A stretch of 64,000 bases of DNA from an uncultured Candidatus Saccharibacteria bacterium (GCA_964591445.1 CAZQAW010000001.1:14625-78624), one strand, 5' to 3'. Positions 8,514-18,659 are shown, counted from the first letter of the stretch. The notes: generated from the sequence alone by a model not told the origin. Program-made: numbers and translations.

Positions 8514-11429
8514 TTACACCGCTACAATGTTAACAAGTCTTCCCTTCACGTAGACTATTTTGACGATCTTTTTGCCGTCAGTCCATTTTTTGATCATTTC
8601 GTTTTCCTGCGCTTTCGATTTGATGATTTCTTCGTCCATGTCTACCGGTATAATGAGTTCCGCACGAACTTTGCCATTTACCTGAAGCGCAATAGTGACT
8701 TCGTCGTCAACGATTTTCGATTCGTCATACTGTGGCCACGTTGAGAGATGGATAGAAGCCGTCTCGCCAAGCTCGTGCCACAGTTCTTCGGCAATGTGCG
8801 GCGCGAATGGAGAAAGGAGTTTGCAGAAAGTAAGGAGATCTTGTTTTGCAATTCCTTCTTCTTTTTCCCATAGGTTGAGTAGAATCATCATTTGGGAAAT
8901 GCAGGTGTTGAATTTATACTCGGCAATATCTTCTGATATTTTTTTGATTGCTTTGTGAAGCGCTTTGCTTGCAGTATCGCTTGTTGTTTTTCCTGCGTCA
9001 TTATTTTTTTCTACAAGCCTCCACACTCGCTCCAAGAATTTTCGCACGCCCACAACTCCATTCGGGTCCCAAGGATAATTTCCTCCGTCTCCATACGGAC
9101 CCATGAATGCCAAATACAATCGCACAGTGTCAGCACCCAAAAGCTGAACCACTTGGTCGGGGTCAATGACGTTACCTTTGGATTTACTCATTTTGTTTCC
9201 GTCCGGGCCAAGAATAAGTCCGCGATTGCGGCGCGCAAGATACGGCTCGGTTTCTTCCACCATGCCAGCATCGTGCATCGCCTTCACCCAAAAGCGTGAA
9301 TAGAGCAAGTGCATCGTTGTGTGTTCTGCTCCACCGAAATACATATTGATCGGCATCCAAGCTTTGCGAGATGCTTTGCTTGCAAATTCATTTTCATTTT
9401 TCGGGTCAAGATATCGATAGAAATACCACGAAGAGTCGACAAATGTGTCCATCGTTTCAACTTCCGGTGTCCAGCCTTCCCCAAAAATATCTGTCACTCG
9501 CTTTTTCAATTCAGCACTGCGAGCAAGCGGCGCAGTTCCGTCTGGAGTATGGTCAACATCTGTTGGCAAAAGCCACGGCAAATGTTCGTTCGGAACTGCA
9601 TGCGCTTTGCCCGCTGGGTCGTACACAATAGGAATCGGCACACCCCAATAACGCTGACGAGAAATTCCCCAGTCGCGCAAACGATAAGTGTTCACCATTT
9701 TTCCACCGACGTGTTCTGTGATTTTCTTTTTCGCTTCTTCAGACGGAAGGCCAGTGAATGTAGCGGAGTCTTCCAGTATTCCACAATCAGTTAAGCACGT
9801 AGTTTTAAATTTTTTCGCATCGCTTGTGGTGTCGTAGCCGAGTTCGATCGCACGAGCTACTGATTCATCCAAAAATCTAATGTAATGTTTCAATCCATCT
9901 TCGTCGTTGTGAGTTTCCCAATATGTTTTTATTTCTTCAGCCGTCTTCCAGCCAAGAGTAAATTTTTCGTGCGCTTCAAGTTTAGTTGGTTTTGTCTGGG
10001 CGCTGTTAAGAATGATCAAAAAGCATTCGGCTCGGGCCGAGCGATTTACCTGTTTAAGTGTATTAAAATAATGCGCATAACTTGATTCGATCCATTCGAC
10101 ATATTTGAAATCATACAACCCACTTTCTTCTGCAACTTCACGCAGAACTCCTTTTTCGACAGATTCTCCATCATCAACCCCGCCCGCAAACAAAAGTATT
10201 TTTCCGTTTTCAAATTCACTCACCGCATATTTCTGAGTTGCTGGATCAAAAATAATTCCAGCACCGCCATTTCGAAATTCTTCGTTTTCTCTCTTCTGTC
10301 CAGTTTCTCGAGCAATCACTTTTTTTATCGGCAAATTATATTTCTTCGCAAATTCAAAATCACGTTCATCGTGCGCTGGCACTGCCATTACCGCACCTGT
10401 TCCGTAATTTACTAACACATAATCTGCAACCCATACTGGCACTTCTTCGCCATTTGCAGGATTAATTGCTTTTATACCCTGGAGCTCTACTCCTGTTTTT
10501 TCTTTTGATTGCTGGCGGTCAAGGTCGGACTTCTTTTTCGACAGAGAAATGTATTTTTCAACTTCATTCCAATTTGAAATACTTTCTTTAAGTTTTGACA
10601 CAAGAGTATGCTCAGGAGACAACACAACATACGTAACACCAAACAATGTGTCAGCACGAGTAGTGAAAACCCGAATACTCTCCCTCTCCTGGCTAGGAGA
10701 GGGCTGGGGTGAGGTTGTAATTTTAAATTCAATCTCGCTTCCTTCGCTTCTGCCAATCCAATTCTTCTGCGCTTCTTTGATATGCTCCGGCCAATCCAAA
10801 GTATCCAAGTCGTCGATCAATCTGTCTGCGTATTTTGTAATGCGGAACATCCACTGGTCTTGATCTTTCTGTATCACTTCAGCACCACAGCGTTCGCAGC
10901 AGCCGTTTGTCACTTGCTCGTTTGCAAGCACCGTTTTGTCTTTCGGACACCAGTTCACTTGCGTTGTTGCGCGATACACCAAATCTTTTTTCAAAAATTT
11001 TGCGAACATCCACTGCGTCCATTTGTAGTAAGATGGATCGCACGTCACCACTTCTCGCGACCAATCAAACGAAGTTCCGATCGAGTAAAATTGCTCGCGC
11101 ATTTTATCCATGTGCGAGTATGTCCACACTTTCGGGTCTTGGCCAAGTTTGATAGCCGCGTTTTCAGCCGGAAGTCCAAAGGCGTCGAAGCCCATCGGGT
11201 AGAGTACATTAAAACCTTTCATTCGTTTGTAGCGCGCATACATGTCTGGAATAGCAAAAGCGTACCAGTGCCCGACGTGCAAATTCCCGGAAGGATAAGC
11301 AAATTCAACCAAAGTATAGAAATTCTCTTTGCCGGTAACGCTATCTTCTACACGGTATACGCCCTGTTCCCGCCAAGCATCCTGCCATTTCTTTTCGATA
11401 TCTTTATGGTTATATTCGCGCTTTTTCAT
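8514..11429 (-). CDS. leuS: Leucyl-tRNA synthetase with inserted Nudix domain and repeat-derived peptide
   Basis: 'YPSGNLHVGH' (HIGH), 'KMSKS', 'GTGAVMAVPAHD' editing motif and 'LRDWGISRQRYWG'. Confidence 0.97.
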   Translation of the reverse strand: MKKREYNHKDIEKKWQDAWREQGVYRVEDSVTGKENFYTLVEFAYPSGNLHVGHWYAFAIPDMYARYKRMKGFNVLYPMGFDAFGLPAENAAIKLGQDPKVWTYSHMDKMREQFYSIGTSFDWSREVVTCDPSYYKWTQWMFAKFLKKDLVYRATTQVNWCPKDKTVLANEQVTNGCCERCGAEVIQKDQDQWMFRITKYADRLIDDLDTLDWPEHIKEAQKNWIGRSEGSEIEFKITTSPQPSPSQERESIRVFTTRADTLFGVTYVVLSPEHTLVSKLKESISNWNEVEKYISLSKKKSDLDRQQSKEKTGVELQGIKAINPANGEEVPVWVADYVLVNYGTGAVMAVPAHDERDFEFAKKYNLPIKKVIARETGQKRENEEFRNGGAGIIFDPATQKYAVSEFENGKILLFAGGVDDGESVEKGVLREVAEESGLYDFKYVEWIESSYAHYFNTLKQVNRSARAECFLIILNSAQTKPTKLEAHEKFTLGWKTAEEIKTYWETHNDEDGLKHYIRFLDESVARAIELGYDTTSDAKKFKTTCLTDCGILEDSATFTGLPSEEAKKKITEHVGGKMVNTYRLRDWGISRQRYWGVPIPIVYDPAGKAHAVPNEHLPWLLPTDVDHTPDGTAPLARSAELKKRVTDIFGEGWTPEVETMDTFVDSSWYFYRYLDPKNENEFASKASRKAWMPINMYFGGAEHTTMHLLYSRFWVKAMHDAGMVEETEPYLARRNRGLILGPDGNKMSKSKGNVIDPDQVVQLLGADTVRLYLAFMGPYGDGGNYPWDPNGVVGVRKFLERVWRLVEKNNDAGKTTSDTASKALHKAIKKISEDIAEYKFNTCISQMMILLNLWEKEEGIAKQDLLTFCKLLSPFAPHIAEELWHELGETASIHLSTWPQYDESKIVDDEVTIALQVNGKVRAELIIPVDMDEEIIKSKAQENEMIKKWTDGKKIVKIVYVKGRLVNIVAV
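10682..10717 (-). repeat. 36-bp palindromic repeat A, in-frame copy in leuS
   Basis: ccctctcctggctaggagagggctggggtgaggttg (+ strand), identical to the copies at 31229 and 33731. Confidence 0.95.
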
Positions 11430-11476
11430 AGATTTGAGTATAGCAAAAAACCCCCGAAAATTCGAGGGTTTTTCTT

Positions 11477-12502
11477 TTACATCTTCATAGGCTCAGGCTT
11501 TGGGTAAGGTGGATACAAATCTTTGTCTATCGTTCGGTCGTAGCAGGTGCGGCCGGCTTCGTGATCCCATGAATCTCCGGCAATGCCTGGGTACGGCGCT
11601 ATTGCAGAAACAGCAACGTCGCGGCTTTCAGAAAACATCGGCTTCATGCCGCCACCGCTGTACTCGCTCCACCCTTCCGGCATCGGCTCGGCAAACGTTG
11701 CACAAAGTTTGAACGACAAGTCTCCAGTTTTTTCATATTCGTATATAAACCCTTTTTGGAATTCCGGATCGACAGGCACCATGTAGCTTGAAATCGGGTT
11801 CGAAAGGTCTTTCAAAGTTTCCGGCAATTTTTCTTTCTGTTGCCAGTACGAAATGATCTGCCATTGTATACTTTGGATGTCTTGCACGCGGCGTTCATCC
11901 AAGCGATACGCGCGCTGCTTCATTGGGCTACCCATTACTGCAAATGAAAATACAATGAGTGCCCCTACAAGGATTGCAGATTTGATAGCCATCCAAGTTC
12001 CAATATTACATCCAAGAATTTTTCGCATTCCGCGAAGCTCCCACATGTAATACATGCCAACCATTGCGGCGACAACAAGAGTAATAACAACTTTCAAAAT
12101 AAATCGTGTCGTAATTTCTCCTGAAACAAAGTATCGTACAAGTGTGACAAGGTCAACAGCAATTACCAAACCGGAAAGGAAAATGATGAGGTACAGCATC
12201 CATTTTTTAATGATAGCATCAACGCGCGCCAACTCTCCGCGAATGCTCTTTGTCCACAAACGCGACAGGATGAGGAATATGGGGAACATGATGATAAGCG
12301 TCGCAAGCGCAGTGCGCATTGCCTGATAGTCATACGTATTGTAGCCGTACGTGTACACTGCATTTAACGCATCCGGAAATTTTTTATCAAGCGTTGCAAA
12401 AACCAAATTCAAAAACGACGTCACGCTTGCAATGAGCGAGACGAGCACGCCGAGCGAAAGGAAGAAAAACTTTGGTGTAAGTGTATGTTTCTGTTGTTCC
12501 AT
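11477..12502 (-). CDS. DUF5671-like multi-TM protein
   Basis: Five TM helices followed by 'RLDERRVQD...YWQQKEKLPETL...DP...YEY...FKLCATF', an architecture common in CPR. Confidence 0.7.
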   Translation of the reverse strand: MEQQKHTLTPKFFFLSLGVLVSLIASVTSFLNLVFATLDKKFPDALNAVYTYGYNTYDYQAMRTALATLIIMFPIFLILSRLWTKSIRGELARVDAIIKKWMLYLIIFLSGLVIAVDLVTLVRYFVSGEITTRFILKVVITLVVAAMVGMYYMWELRGMRKILGCNIGTWMAIKSAILVGALIVFSFAVMGSPMKQRAYRLDERRVQDIQSIQWQIISYWQQKEKLPETLKDLSNPISSYMVPVDPEFQKGFIYEYEKTGDLSFKLCATFAEPMPEGWSEYSGGGMKPMFSESRDVAVSAIAPYPGIAGDSWDHEAGRTCYDRTIDKDLYPPYPKPEPMKM

Positions 12503-12570
12503 AAAAATATTCACATGAACTGCTAATACTTATATAGTATACTAAACGTATAAGTTTACAAATTTGTGAT

Positions 12571-13167
12571 ATGACACCCAAACCGAAACAACCATTCAAA
12601 AAGCGCGAGCTTACAGACATCGAGAAAATGTCGATGGCGCTTACTCGTTGGGTCGGCTCGACAAAGTCGCTCGTTGCGCATACTGTATTTTTCGCTGTCA
12701 TGATACTCCTTGCCATTTCCGGTGTCGGTTTTGACAAAGTGCTTCTCATCCTCACAACGGTCGTTTCGCTTGAAGCAATTTATCTTTCCATTTTTATCCA
12801 AATGTCTGTGAACCGCCAAGCTCGCCGACTGCGTGAAGTGTCGCAAGATATCGAAGAGATTCAAGAAGACGTTGAGGAAATCCAAGAAGATGTCGAAGAA
12901 ATTGCCGAGGATGTGGAAGGCATTGAAAAAGATATCGATGAAATCCAAGAAAATGTGGACGAGATTCAGGAGGACGTGGAAGACATTACCGAAGATGTCG
13001 AGGATATTACCGAAGACGTAGACATGTATGAAAAAGAAGAGAAAGTCCGCGATGAAGCGATGATGAACAACATTCAGAACACGCTCGCGGAACTGATGCG
13101 AGAAATTCAAGAATTGAAAGAAAGCAAAGCAAGCAAAACTGTCGTGAAGAAAAAATTGGAAAAATAA
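12571..13167 (+). CDS. DUF1003-like membrane protein with acidic heptad coiled coil
   Basis: 'LTTVVSLEAIYLSIFIQMSVNR' followed by EDVEEIQ-type heptads. Confidence 0.75.
   Translation: MTPKPKQPFKKRELTDIEKMSMALTRWVGSTKSLVAHTVFFAVMILLAISGVGFDKVLLILTTVVSLEAIYLSIFIQMSVNRQARRLREVSQDIEEIQEDVEEIQEDVEEIAEDVEGIEKDIDEIQENVDEIQEDVEDITEDVEDITEDVDMYEKEEKVRDEAMMNNIQNTLAELMREIQELKESKASKTVVKKKLEK
12844..13023 (+). repeat. Degenerate 21-bp coding tandem repeat (about 8.5 units)
   Basis: Encodes QDIEEIQ/EDVEEIQ/EDVEEIA/EDVEGIE/KDIDEIQ/ENVDEIQ/EDVEDIT/EDVEDIT. Confidence 0.85.
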
Positions 13168-13225
13168 AAGGCCCACAACAATTTGAATGTGTAGACCGTT
13201 TTATCGCGCTTCATCTTTAAGTTGG

Positions 13226-13471
13226 TTAGTACGGGGTAACACTCGATAGAATGATAGGCTGTTTTATATACAGAGGTAGTTGAGATGGTGTTTCTTGTTT
13301 CAGAAACATAAGTTGCGTAGACATTTTTTTACACAAATCTATGTCTCTAATAAATCCGCTTTCATTCATAAACTTCTTTATGAAATCTCCGTCTTTATCT
13401 ACAAAAAATCCATACTCTTCTGTAATCACAAACAGGGACCCTGTTGGCATAAATTTAAAGATACTAACCAT
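13226..13471 (-). CDS. AT-rich orphan
   Basis: 81-aa ORF preceded by TTGACA-17-TATACT on the minus strand (about 13498-13526). Confidence 0.5.
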   Translation of the reverse strand: MVSIFKFMPTGSLFVITEEYGFFVDKDGDFIKKFMNESGFIRDIDLCKKMSTQLMFLKQETPSQLPLYIKQPIILSSVTPY

Positions 13472-13541
13472 ATAAATAAATTTAAAGATTTGCCTTAAGT
13501 ATAGCCTATTTTAGGCTATTTGTCAATCTAGTATTTTATCC

Positions 13542-14102
13542 TTATTTTCTAAGCTTTAAAAGGCTTCCGCGGATGATTTCCGGCTCTTTTTTAAGAAGGG
13601 AGATAATGACAGACGGCTCCCCTTCTTTGCGGCCATCGCTTACGTAAAAGTCCACGCTTTTCTTAAAATAATTCTTCGCACCGGTGGCAGTCGTTGCCGG
13701 AGGCATACCTTGCGGGTTGGCAGACGGGGCAACAAGTGGACCAGTTTTTTTCAAAAGTTCAATCAAATCTTTTTTGTCTGGCATGCGAAAAGCTAACGAT
13801 TTAGTTCTGCGATGCACATATTCAAATTTCTTGCTTGTGCAAGGAAGTATGACACTTACCTTTCCCGGCCACACATTTTTCAAAAATGCTCGATGCTTTT
13901 CAGTCAATTTAATTCCAAACTTTTTTAAATCTACAATAGAAGAAACGAGCACAATAAAAGGCTTGTTTTCATCGCGGCCTTTCACATCATAAATCCGCTC
14001 GACAGCTTCCGGCAAAAAAGCAGAACCAACGACCCCGTACAAAGTGTCGGTAGGTAAAACCACAATTCCGCCTTTTTTTAGTATAGAAACCGCTTCGTTC
14101 AT
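13542..14102 (-). CDS. tsaC: Threonylcarbamoyl-AMP synthase (Sua5/YrdC)
   Basis: 'PTDTLYG', 'KGRDENKP' and 'APSAN' motifs. Confidence 0.92.
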   Translation of the reverse strand: MNEAVSILKKGGIVVLPTDTLYGVVGSAFLPEAVERIYDVKGRDENKPFIVLVSSIVDLKKFGIKLTEKHRAFLKNVWPGKVSVILPCTSKKFEYVHRRTKSLAFRMPDKKDLIELLKKTGPLVAPSANPQGMPPATTATGAKNYFKKSVDFYVSDGRKEGEPSVIISLLKKEPEIIRGSLLKLRK

Positions 14103-14222
14103 ATGTTGATTATAGCCATAAAGCATTAAAACTCAACACTAAAATGGCGAATTCGTGATATTGACTTTTTTAAATATTAATGATAAAATAAGAATTAACA
14201 AACAAATTAAAAATCAAAAAAT

Positions 14223-14732
14223 ATGGAAAGATCCAAAAAAGGCATTCGTGCCATTATCGTAACAGCAATTTTTGCGATTATTTGCTCAATTATTGGGGTT
14301 ACTTTTATCAAACCAGACTTTATTGGTCCGATAGGTAGCACCATGATTGTGTCTTTCATTTATGCCAAAATTATTATGGCAATGGTGTTTACACAAGGGT
14401 GGAAAGTTTTCAATCGTAAAACCATTCTTGGCATGCCTGTCATCTTGTTCACTTTTTACATTCTACTGGGAGCAATTTTGTTTTCCCTGTATGTAACGAC
14501 CAAGTATGCAGGGCCAGATCTTGCGAACTCAGTAAAAAATATCCTTTCTCTCGTTATTACTGCTTCCTCAGCATTAATAGGGACATTCTGTGCATGGCAT
14601 ATAGGAGTTAGGGAATGGATGGCAGCAGGAAGCGAGTATGACGCCAGGATGCAGTTCAAGAATAAAGGTTACACAGATCCAGTAATTGAACAAAAGATTA
14701 CTGAGCTGAAAAATCTTAACATTATTTCTTAA
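14223..14732 (+). CDS. AT-rich orphan 4-TM protein
   Basis: 169 aa, with its own TTGACT-17-TAAAAT promoter (14161-14189) and a terminator hairpin at about 14753-14775. Confidence 0.65.
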   Translation: MERSKKGIRAIIVTAIFAIICSIIGVTFIKPDFIGPIGSTMIVSFIYAKIIMAMVFTQGWKVFNRKTILGMPVILFTFYILLGAILFSLYVTTKYAGPDLANSVKNILSLVITASSALIGTFCAWHIGVREWMAAGSEYDARMQFKNKGYTDPVIEQKITELKNLNIIS

Positions 14733-14789
14733 ATTTTAAAGGCTCAATGATTAAGCATCACGAAAGTGATGCTTTTCTTTTTTCCTGAG

Positions 14790-15314
14790 TTAAAACTCAA
14801 TCACGTAGCGCAAAAGTTTCTTGCCCCAGATCGGACCCGAAGAATCTATGCCGATTCGCGGAGTTTTGCGGATTTTTCCTTCAAGCGGTTTTTTACGCCA
14901 TTTGATATACAAGCCATTTTTCTTTTCCGCTTTTAAAGTATTCAAACTTTTATCTATGTGCAAATATTTTGTAAGCTTTCCCGGTCCGTCCACTTTTCTC
15001 CCATCATCTTCTCCACCTTTTATAATTCCTCCACGGATTAAAATCGCCGCCGGATAACCTTTTTCTCTGGTAACAAAATTCAGCATCCAATGCATCCCAT
15101 AACTCAAATACACATACCAATGTTCCGGCGCGCCAAACATCACAAAGTTACGCATCGTTTCTCCGCGAGCGGCATGCGAAGCCTTGTCTTCATGTCCATC
15201 ATAAATTTCCACTTCGTTTATCACCAAAGCAATGGACTTTCCCTCCCAAACCCGCACCAAAGTACTCCCGAGCATATCGAGCGCAATTTGTTCAGAGGAT
15301 TTAAAGGTTTTCAT
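14790..15314 (-). CDS. mpg: 3-methyladenine DNA glycosylase (MPG/AAG)
   Basis: 'EVEIYDG.EDKASHA', 'YVYLSYGMHWMLN', 'GPGKL' and 'PRIGI' motifs. Confidence 0.92.
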   Translation of the reverse strand: MKTFKSSEQIALDMLGSTLVRVWEGKSIALVINEVEIYDGHEDKASHAARGETMRNFVMFGAPEHWYVYLSYGMHWMLNFVTREKGYPAAILIRGGIIKGGEDDGRKVDGPGKLTKYLHIDKSLNTLKAEKKNGLYIKWRKKPLEGKIRKTPRIGIDSSGPIWGKKLLRYVIEF

Positions 15315-15370
15315 GGATTTAGTATAACAAAAAGCACCTTTTTAGGGTGCTTTTAAAAAGTTTGTTAATT

Positions 15371-15556
15371 TTAGAAAGATATTTTCTTTTCTAAACTAAA
15401 TAAATAGAGGACAAGAGGAATAAAGATAGGTAGGAGCTGGGAAGTTGGTGTAACATACTTCATTTCCTCAGCAGTAAAATAATGTGGTAAAACAGTTACA
15501 TTTATTAGAGCAACTAGAGTATTCCACAAAGCAAGGGAAATCCAGATTTTTTTCAT
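15371..15556 (-). CDS. Small AT-rich 2-TM orphan
   Basis: 61 aa, with minus-strand TTGACA at 15598-15603 and a terminator hairpin at about 15329-15354. Confidence 0.5.
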   Translation of the reverse strand: MKKIWISLALWNTLVALINVTVLPHYFTAEEMKYVTPTSQLLPIFIPLVLYLFSLEKKISF

Positions 15557-15606
15557 CGTATATATTTTTAATACAAAATATTATATTTAAGAAACTTTGT
15601 CAAGTT

Positions 15607-16752
15607 TTATATCTTAAATTCCACCACATCCCCATCCTTCACAATATATTCCTTCCCTTCAGTTCGAACTTTTCCTTTTGATCTTGCTTCGCCGTAACTT
15701 CCCGCTTCGAGAAGGTCTTTGTAGTAGACAACTTCTGCGCGGATAAATTTATCTTTGAAATCTGTATGGATTGCTTGGCCGGCAACTGGAGCGGTTGAAC
15801 CTTTTTGAATTGTCCATGCGCGAGTTTCATCTTCTCCGGTTGTAAAATACGTGTCGAGTCCGAGAAGCTTGTAGCCTTCGGTAATAAGGTTGTTGATTCC
15901 GTCCCACTTCGCCAAAGCTTCGCGGGACACGTCTGCCCCAACTCCCATCATCTCTTTACGAAATATTTCTTTTTCTTCCCCTTCAAAATCTTTGAGTTCG
16001 TCTTCAATCTTTGCATCAAGTACAACAAAGGCTGCGCCTGTAGAAACAATATAGTCAGTCAGTTCCTTAAAAATCTCCGGGCTTGTTTCATCCAAATTCT
16101 TTGAGCCAGAGCGTTTGTTGAGTCCATACAATATCGGCTTGATGGTCAGCAAATTCATCTGTTTAATTTTCACCAATTCTTTTTCATCAAGCGTGACGGT
16201 GTTTGCCATTTGTTCAGCTTCAAGAGCTTTTTCTACTTTTACCAAAGCATCGTGTTCAAGCACAAATTCTTTGTCACCTTTTTTGACTTCACGCGCGATA
16301 TTTGAAATGCGTTTTGCAACCGTTTCCAAATCCGCAAGGATGAGTTCCATGTTGATGACTTTGATATCACGAAGCGGATCAATGTCGCCATACACGTGCA
16401 TAATATCTGTTCCGCCTTCGTTCTTGAGCGGAAAGATTCGCACCATTTCAAAAATAGCATCCGTCTCACGAATATTCGCCAAAAATTTATTTCCAAGCCC
16501 TTCACCTTTCGAAGCGCCAGCAACAAGTCCGGCAATGTCCACGAATTCGATCGCAGCCGGAATTGTTTTTTTAGATTGAGAGAAATCAGAAAGCTGCCAC
16601 AAGCGAGCGTCTGGCACAGCAACGATACCAACCGAAGGATCGATAGTACAAAAAGGATAATTCTCAGCAGGCACGCCTTTTTTCGTAAGAGCATTGAAAA
16701 GCGTACTTTTCCCCACGTTTGGGAGGCCAACAATTCCGATAGATAATGACAT
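15607..16752 (-). CDS. ychF: Ribosome-binding ATPase YchF
   Basis: 'GIVGLPNVGKST', 'NYPFCTIDP', 'DIAGLV' and 'EGKEYIVKDGD' motifs. Confidence 0.97.
   Translation of the reverse strand: MSLSIGIVGLPNVGKSTLFNALTKKGVPAENYPFCTIDPSVGIVAVPDARLWQLSDFSQSKKTIPAAIEFVDIAGLVAGASKGEGLGNKFLANIRETDAIFEMVRIFPLKNEGGTDIMHVYGDIDPLRDIKVINMELILADLETVAKRISNIAREVKKGDKEFVLEHDALVKVEKALEAEQMANTVTLDEKELVKIKQMNLLTIKPILYGLNKRSGSKNLDETSPEIFKELTDYIVSTGAAFVVLDAKIEDELKDFEGEEKEIFRKEMMGVGADVSREALAKWDGINNLITEGYKLLGLDTYFTTGEDETRAWTIQKGSTAPVAGQAIHTDFKDKFIRAEVVYYKDLLEAGSYGEARSKGKVRTEGKEYIVKDGDVVEFKI
15901..15931 (-). repeat. Palindromic repeat B, in-frame in ychF
   Basis: cgtgtcccgcgaagctttggcgaagtgggac (minus strand) matches 62401-62431 (+) at 25 of 31 nt. 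Confidence 0.8.
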
Positions 16753-16806
16753 GGCACTACTATAGCAGAAATCACCTAAATAAAAAACTCTCGAGCTGAG
16801 AGTTTT

Positions 16807-17205
16807 TTATTCGGTAGTTTTTCCATCAAATTCTTCTTCGTGTGCGAGAGCTTCTGCTTTTGTTGATCTAACAATTCCGTCTTTGTGATGTGCTGGGGAA
16901 TAAATGGTGTAGAGTTTCAAATCTTCTTGGCCGGTGTTGATGACGTTATGTTGCGCTCCAGACGGAACGAAAATCGCGTCGCCATCTTTAACACTATATT
17001 CAGTTTCGTTGATTATCACTTTTCCCTGCCCTGCTTCAAATCTGAAAAATTGATCGTTTTCTTCGTGAATTTCCATGCCAATATCTTCGCCAGGCTTCAA
17101 ACTCATAAGTACAAGCTGTGAATGCCCGCCAGTATACAACACGCGACGAAAGTCGGTGTTTGTTTTTGTCAGATCTTCGATATGGCCAAAGTATCCCTTT
17201 TTCAT
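16807..17205 (-). CDS. Cupin domain protein
   Basis: 'GEDIGMEIH..NDQFF..E.G.G' and 'VPSGAQHNV.N' motifs. Confidence 0.88.
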   Translation of the reverse strand: MKKGYFGHIEDLTKTNTDFRRVLYTGGHSQLVLMSLKPGEDIGMEIHEENDQFFRFEAGQGKVIINETEYSVKDGDAIFVPSGAQHNVINTGQEDLKLYTIYSPAHHKDGIVRSTKAEALAHEEEFDGKTTE

Positions 17206-17207
17206 AG

Positions 17208-17435
17208 TTAGTTGCCCATTACTTTTTGGAGCTCGGCTTTGTATTTTTGCATTACGGCCATAGTTGCGTGCATTTGGCTCATGCCGCCTTTGATTTTTTC
17301 TTGGGTTTCTTCAGCGATTTTCTTGAAGAGCGCTGGGTTGTCGGACACAAGCTTGATAATACGGTCTTGCTCAGCTTGAGGCATTCCTTTCAACTGGCGC
17401 TTCAACATTTGTTTCATTAAAAATTCTTTGAACAT
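17208..17435 (-). CDS. Conserved hypothetical helical protein
   Basis: 75 aa with host-like codon usage and TATACT 6 nt upstream of the ATG; co-oriented with the cupin gene. Confidence 0.7.
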   Translation of the reverse strand: MFKEFLMKQMLKRQLKGMPQAEQDRIIKLVSDNPALFKKIAEETQEKIKGGMSQMHATMAVMQKYKAELQKVMGN

Positions 17436-17528
17436 GCTTGTAGTATACCTTATTTTGCACAGTTCGCTCTACTTGACTTTTTTATATATTTTTGTATAAT
17501 AAAAACAAACAATTAAACTCAATAATAT

Positions 17529-17999
17529 ATGAAAAAGAAAAATCCCCTTCCTACCTCCACCAGACCCGAACCTTTTGTATTTGACGAATGCGGGTGGTCT
17601 ACCTACGCAGTATTTATCCTCTGTATTATATTTTATATAATACTAGGCACCATCCTCCCTACCAATACCTACGCACAAGTAAGTACTGAAATAAAAAAAC
17701 CAACTCTGGAAGAATTGCGTACAAAGTGTACTGGTGAACTTCAAAGAGAATATTTTATCACTACCCCATTTGTTTTATACATATATGCATGCAATGATAC
17801 AGGTCATGTATATTACTTCCAGAACAATACATGGACGCCTCCAACTTTGGCAGACGATTTTATGATCGATCCTGATATAGCCATGTATAAAACAGAAGCT
17901 AATGAGATGCGAATAAGGCTTCAGCAGAAGAAGGACAAAAAAATAAGATGGTTAAACATATACAAAAAATCAGGAAGTATTTTTCGAAATGTCCTATAA
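17529..17999 (+). CDS. AT-rich orphan with TM helix
   Basis: 156 aa, with TTGACT-16-TATAAT at 17473-17500 and a terminator hairpin at about 18011-18042. Confidence 0.6.
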   Translation: MKKKNPLPTSTRPEPFVFDECGWSTYAVFILCIIFYIILGTILPTNTYAQVSTEIKKPTLEELRTKCTGELQREYFITTPFVLYIYACNDTGHVYYFQNNTWTPPTLADDFMIDPDIAMYKTEANEMRIRLQQKKDKKIRWLNIYKKSGSIFRNVL

Positions 18000-18071
18000 A
18001 GACAAAAACAAAAAAAGTGCAGATATACATCTGCGCTTTTTTATTTTTATGTATTTGTATATACTTTACCT

Positions 18072-18659
18072 ATGACAAAGCAGGAACAGCTTGCCGAACT
18101 GCATAAAAAATGGCTTGCTGAATGCACTTGTGAATTGCGCCACACTGCGACACAGGGTGTGCCGGGCGATGGAAATGCGAATTCAGATATTGTGTTCATC
18201 GGCGAAGCACCGGGCAAAGATGAAGATATCCAAGGCCGGCCTTTTGTTGGCAGAGCTGGGCAATTCTTGAACGAAATGCTTGCGAGCATCAATATGAAGC
18301 GCGAGGATATTTATATTACAAACATCGTCAAATATCGCCCGCCGAACAATCGCGACCCATTGCCAGATGAAATCGCCGCTTGCAAAGAGTGGTTGCACGA
18401 AGAGCTCGCGCTTATCAAACCAAAGCTCATCATTTTCTTGGGACGGCATTCAATGAATCATTATTTTCCGCTTGAGAAAATTTCGCAGATTCATGGAAAG
18501 CTTATTATCAAAAGTTTTCAGGGCATGGGGCGGCAGCATTTCTTCCCTCTTTATCACCCGGCGGCAGCGCTTTACAATGGCGGCATGCGCGAAACTTTGA
18601 TGGAAGATTTTCTTAAAATACCGAAGGTTCTCCAAAAAATAGAACGTACAGAAAAATAA
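18072..18659 (+). CDS. Uracil-DNA glycosylase family 4
   Basis: 'FIGEAPG..ED..GRPFVG.AG', 'YRPPNNRDP' and 'YHPAA' motifs. Confidence 0.93.
   Translation: MTKQEQLAELHKKWLAECTCELRHTATQGVPGDGNANSDIVFIGEAPGKDEDIQGRPFVGRAGQFLNEMLASINMKREDIYITNIVKYRPPNNRDPLPDEIAACKEWLHEELALIKPKLIIFLGRHSMNHYFPLEKISQIHGKLIIKSFQGMGRQHFFPLYHPAAALYNGGMRETLMEDFLKIPKVLQKIERTEK

Noticed and set aside
9800-10310. Intein in LeuRS
   Set aside because: No Cys/Ser start, His-Asn end or LAGLIDADG motifs; the insert has a Nudix box.
12844-13023. 21-bp periodic repeat as a CRISPR array
   Set aside because: It has no unique spacers, is degenerate at third codon positions and lies inside an ORF. No cas genes are in the window.
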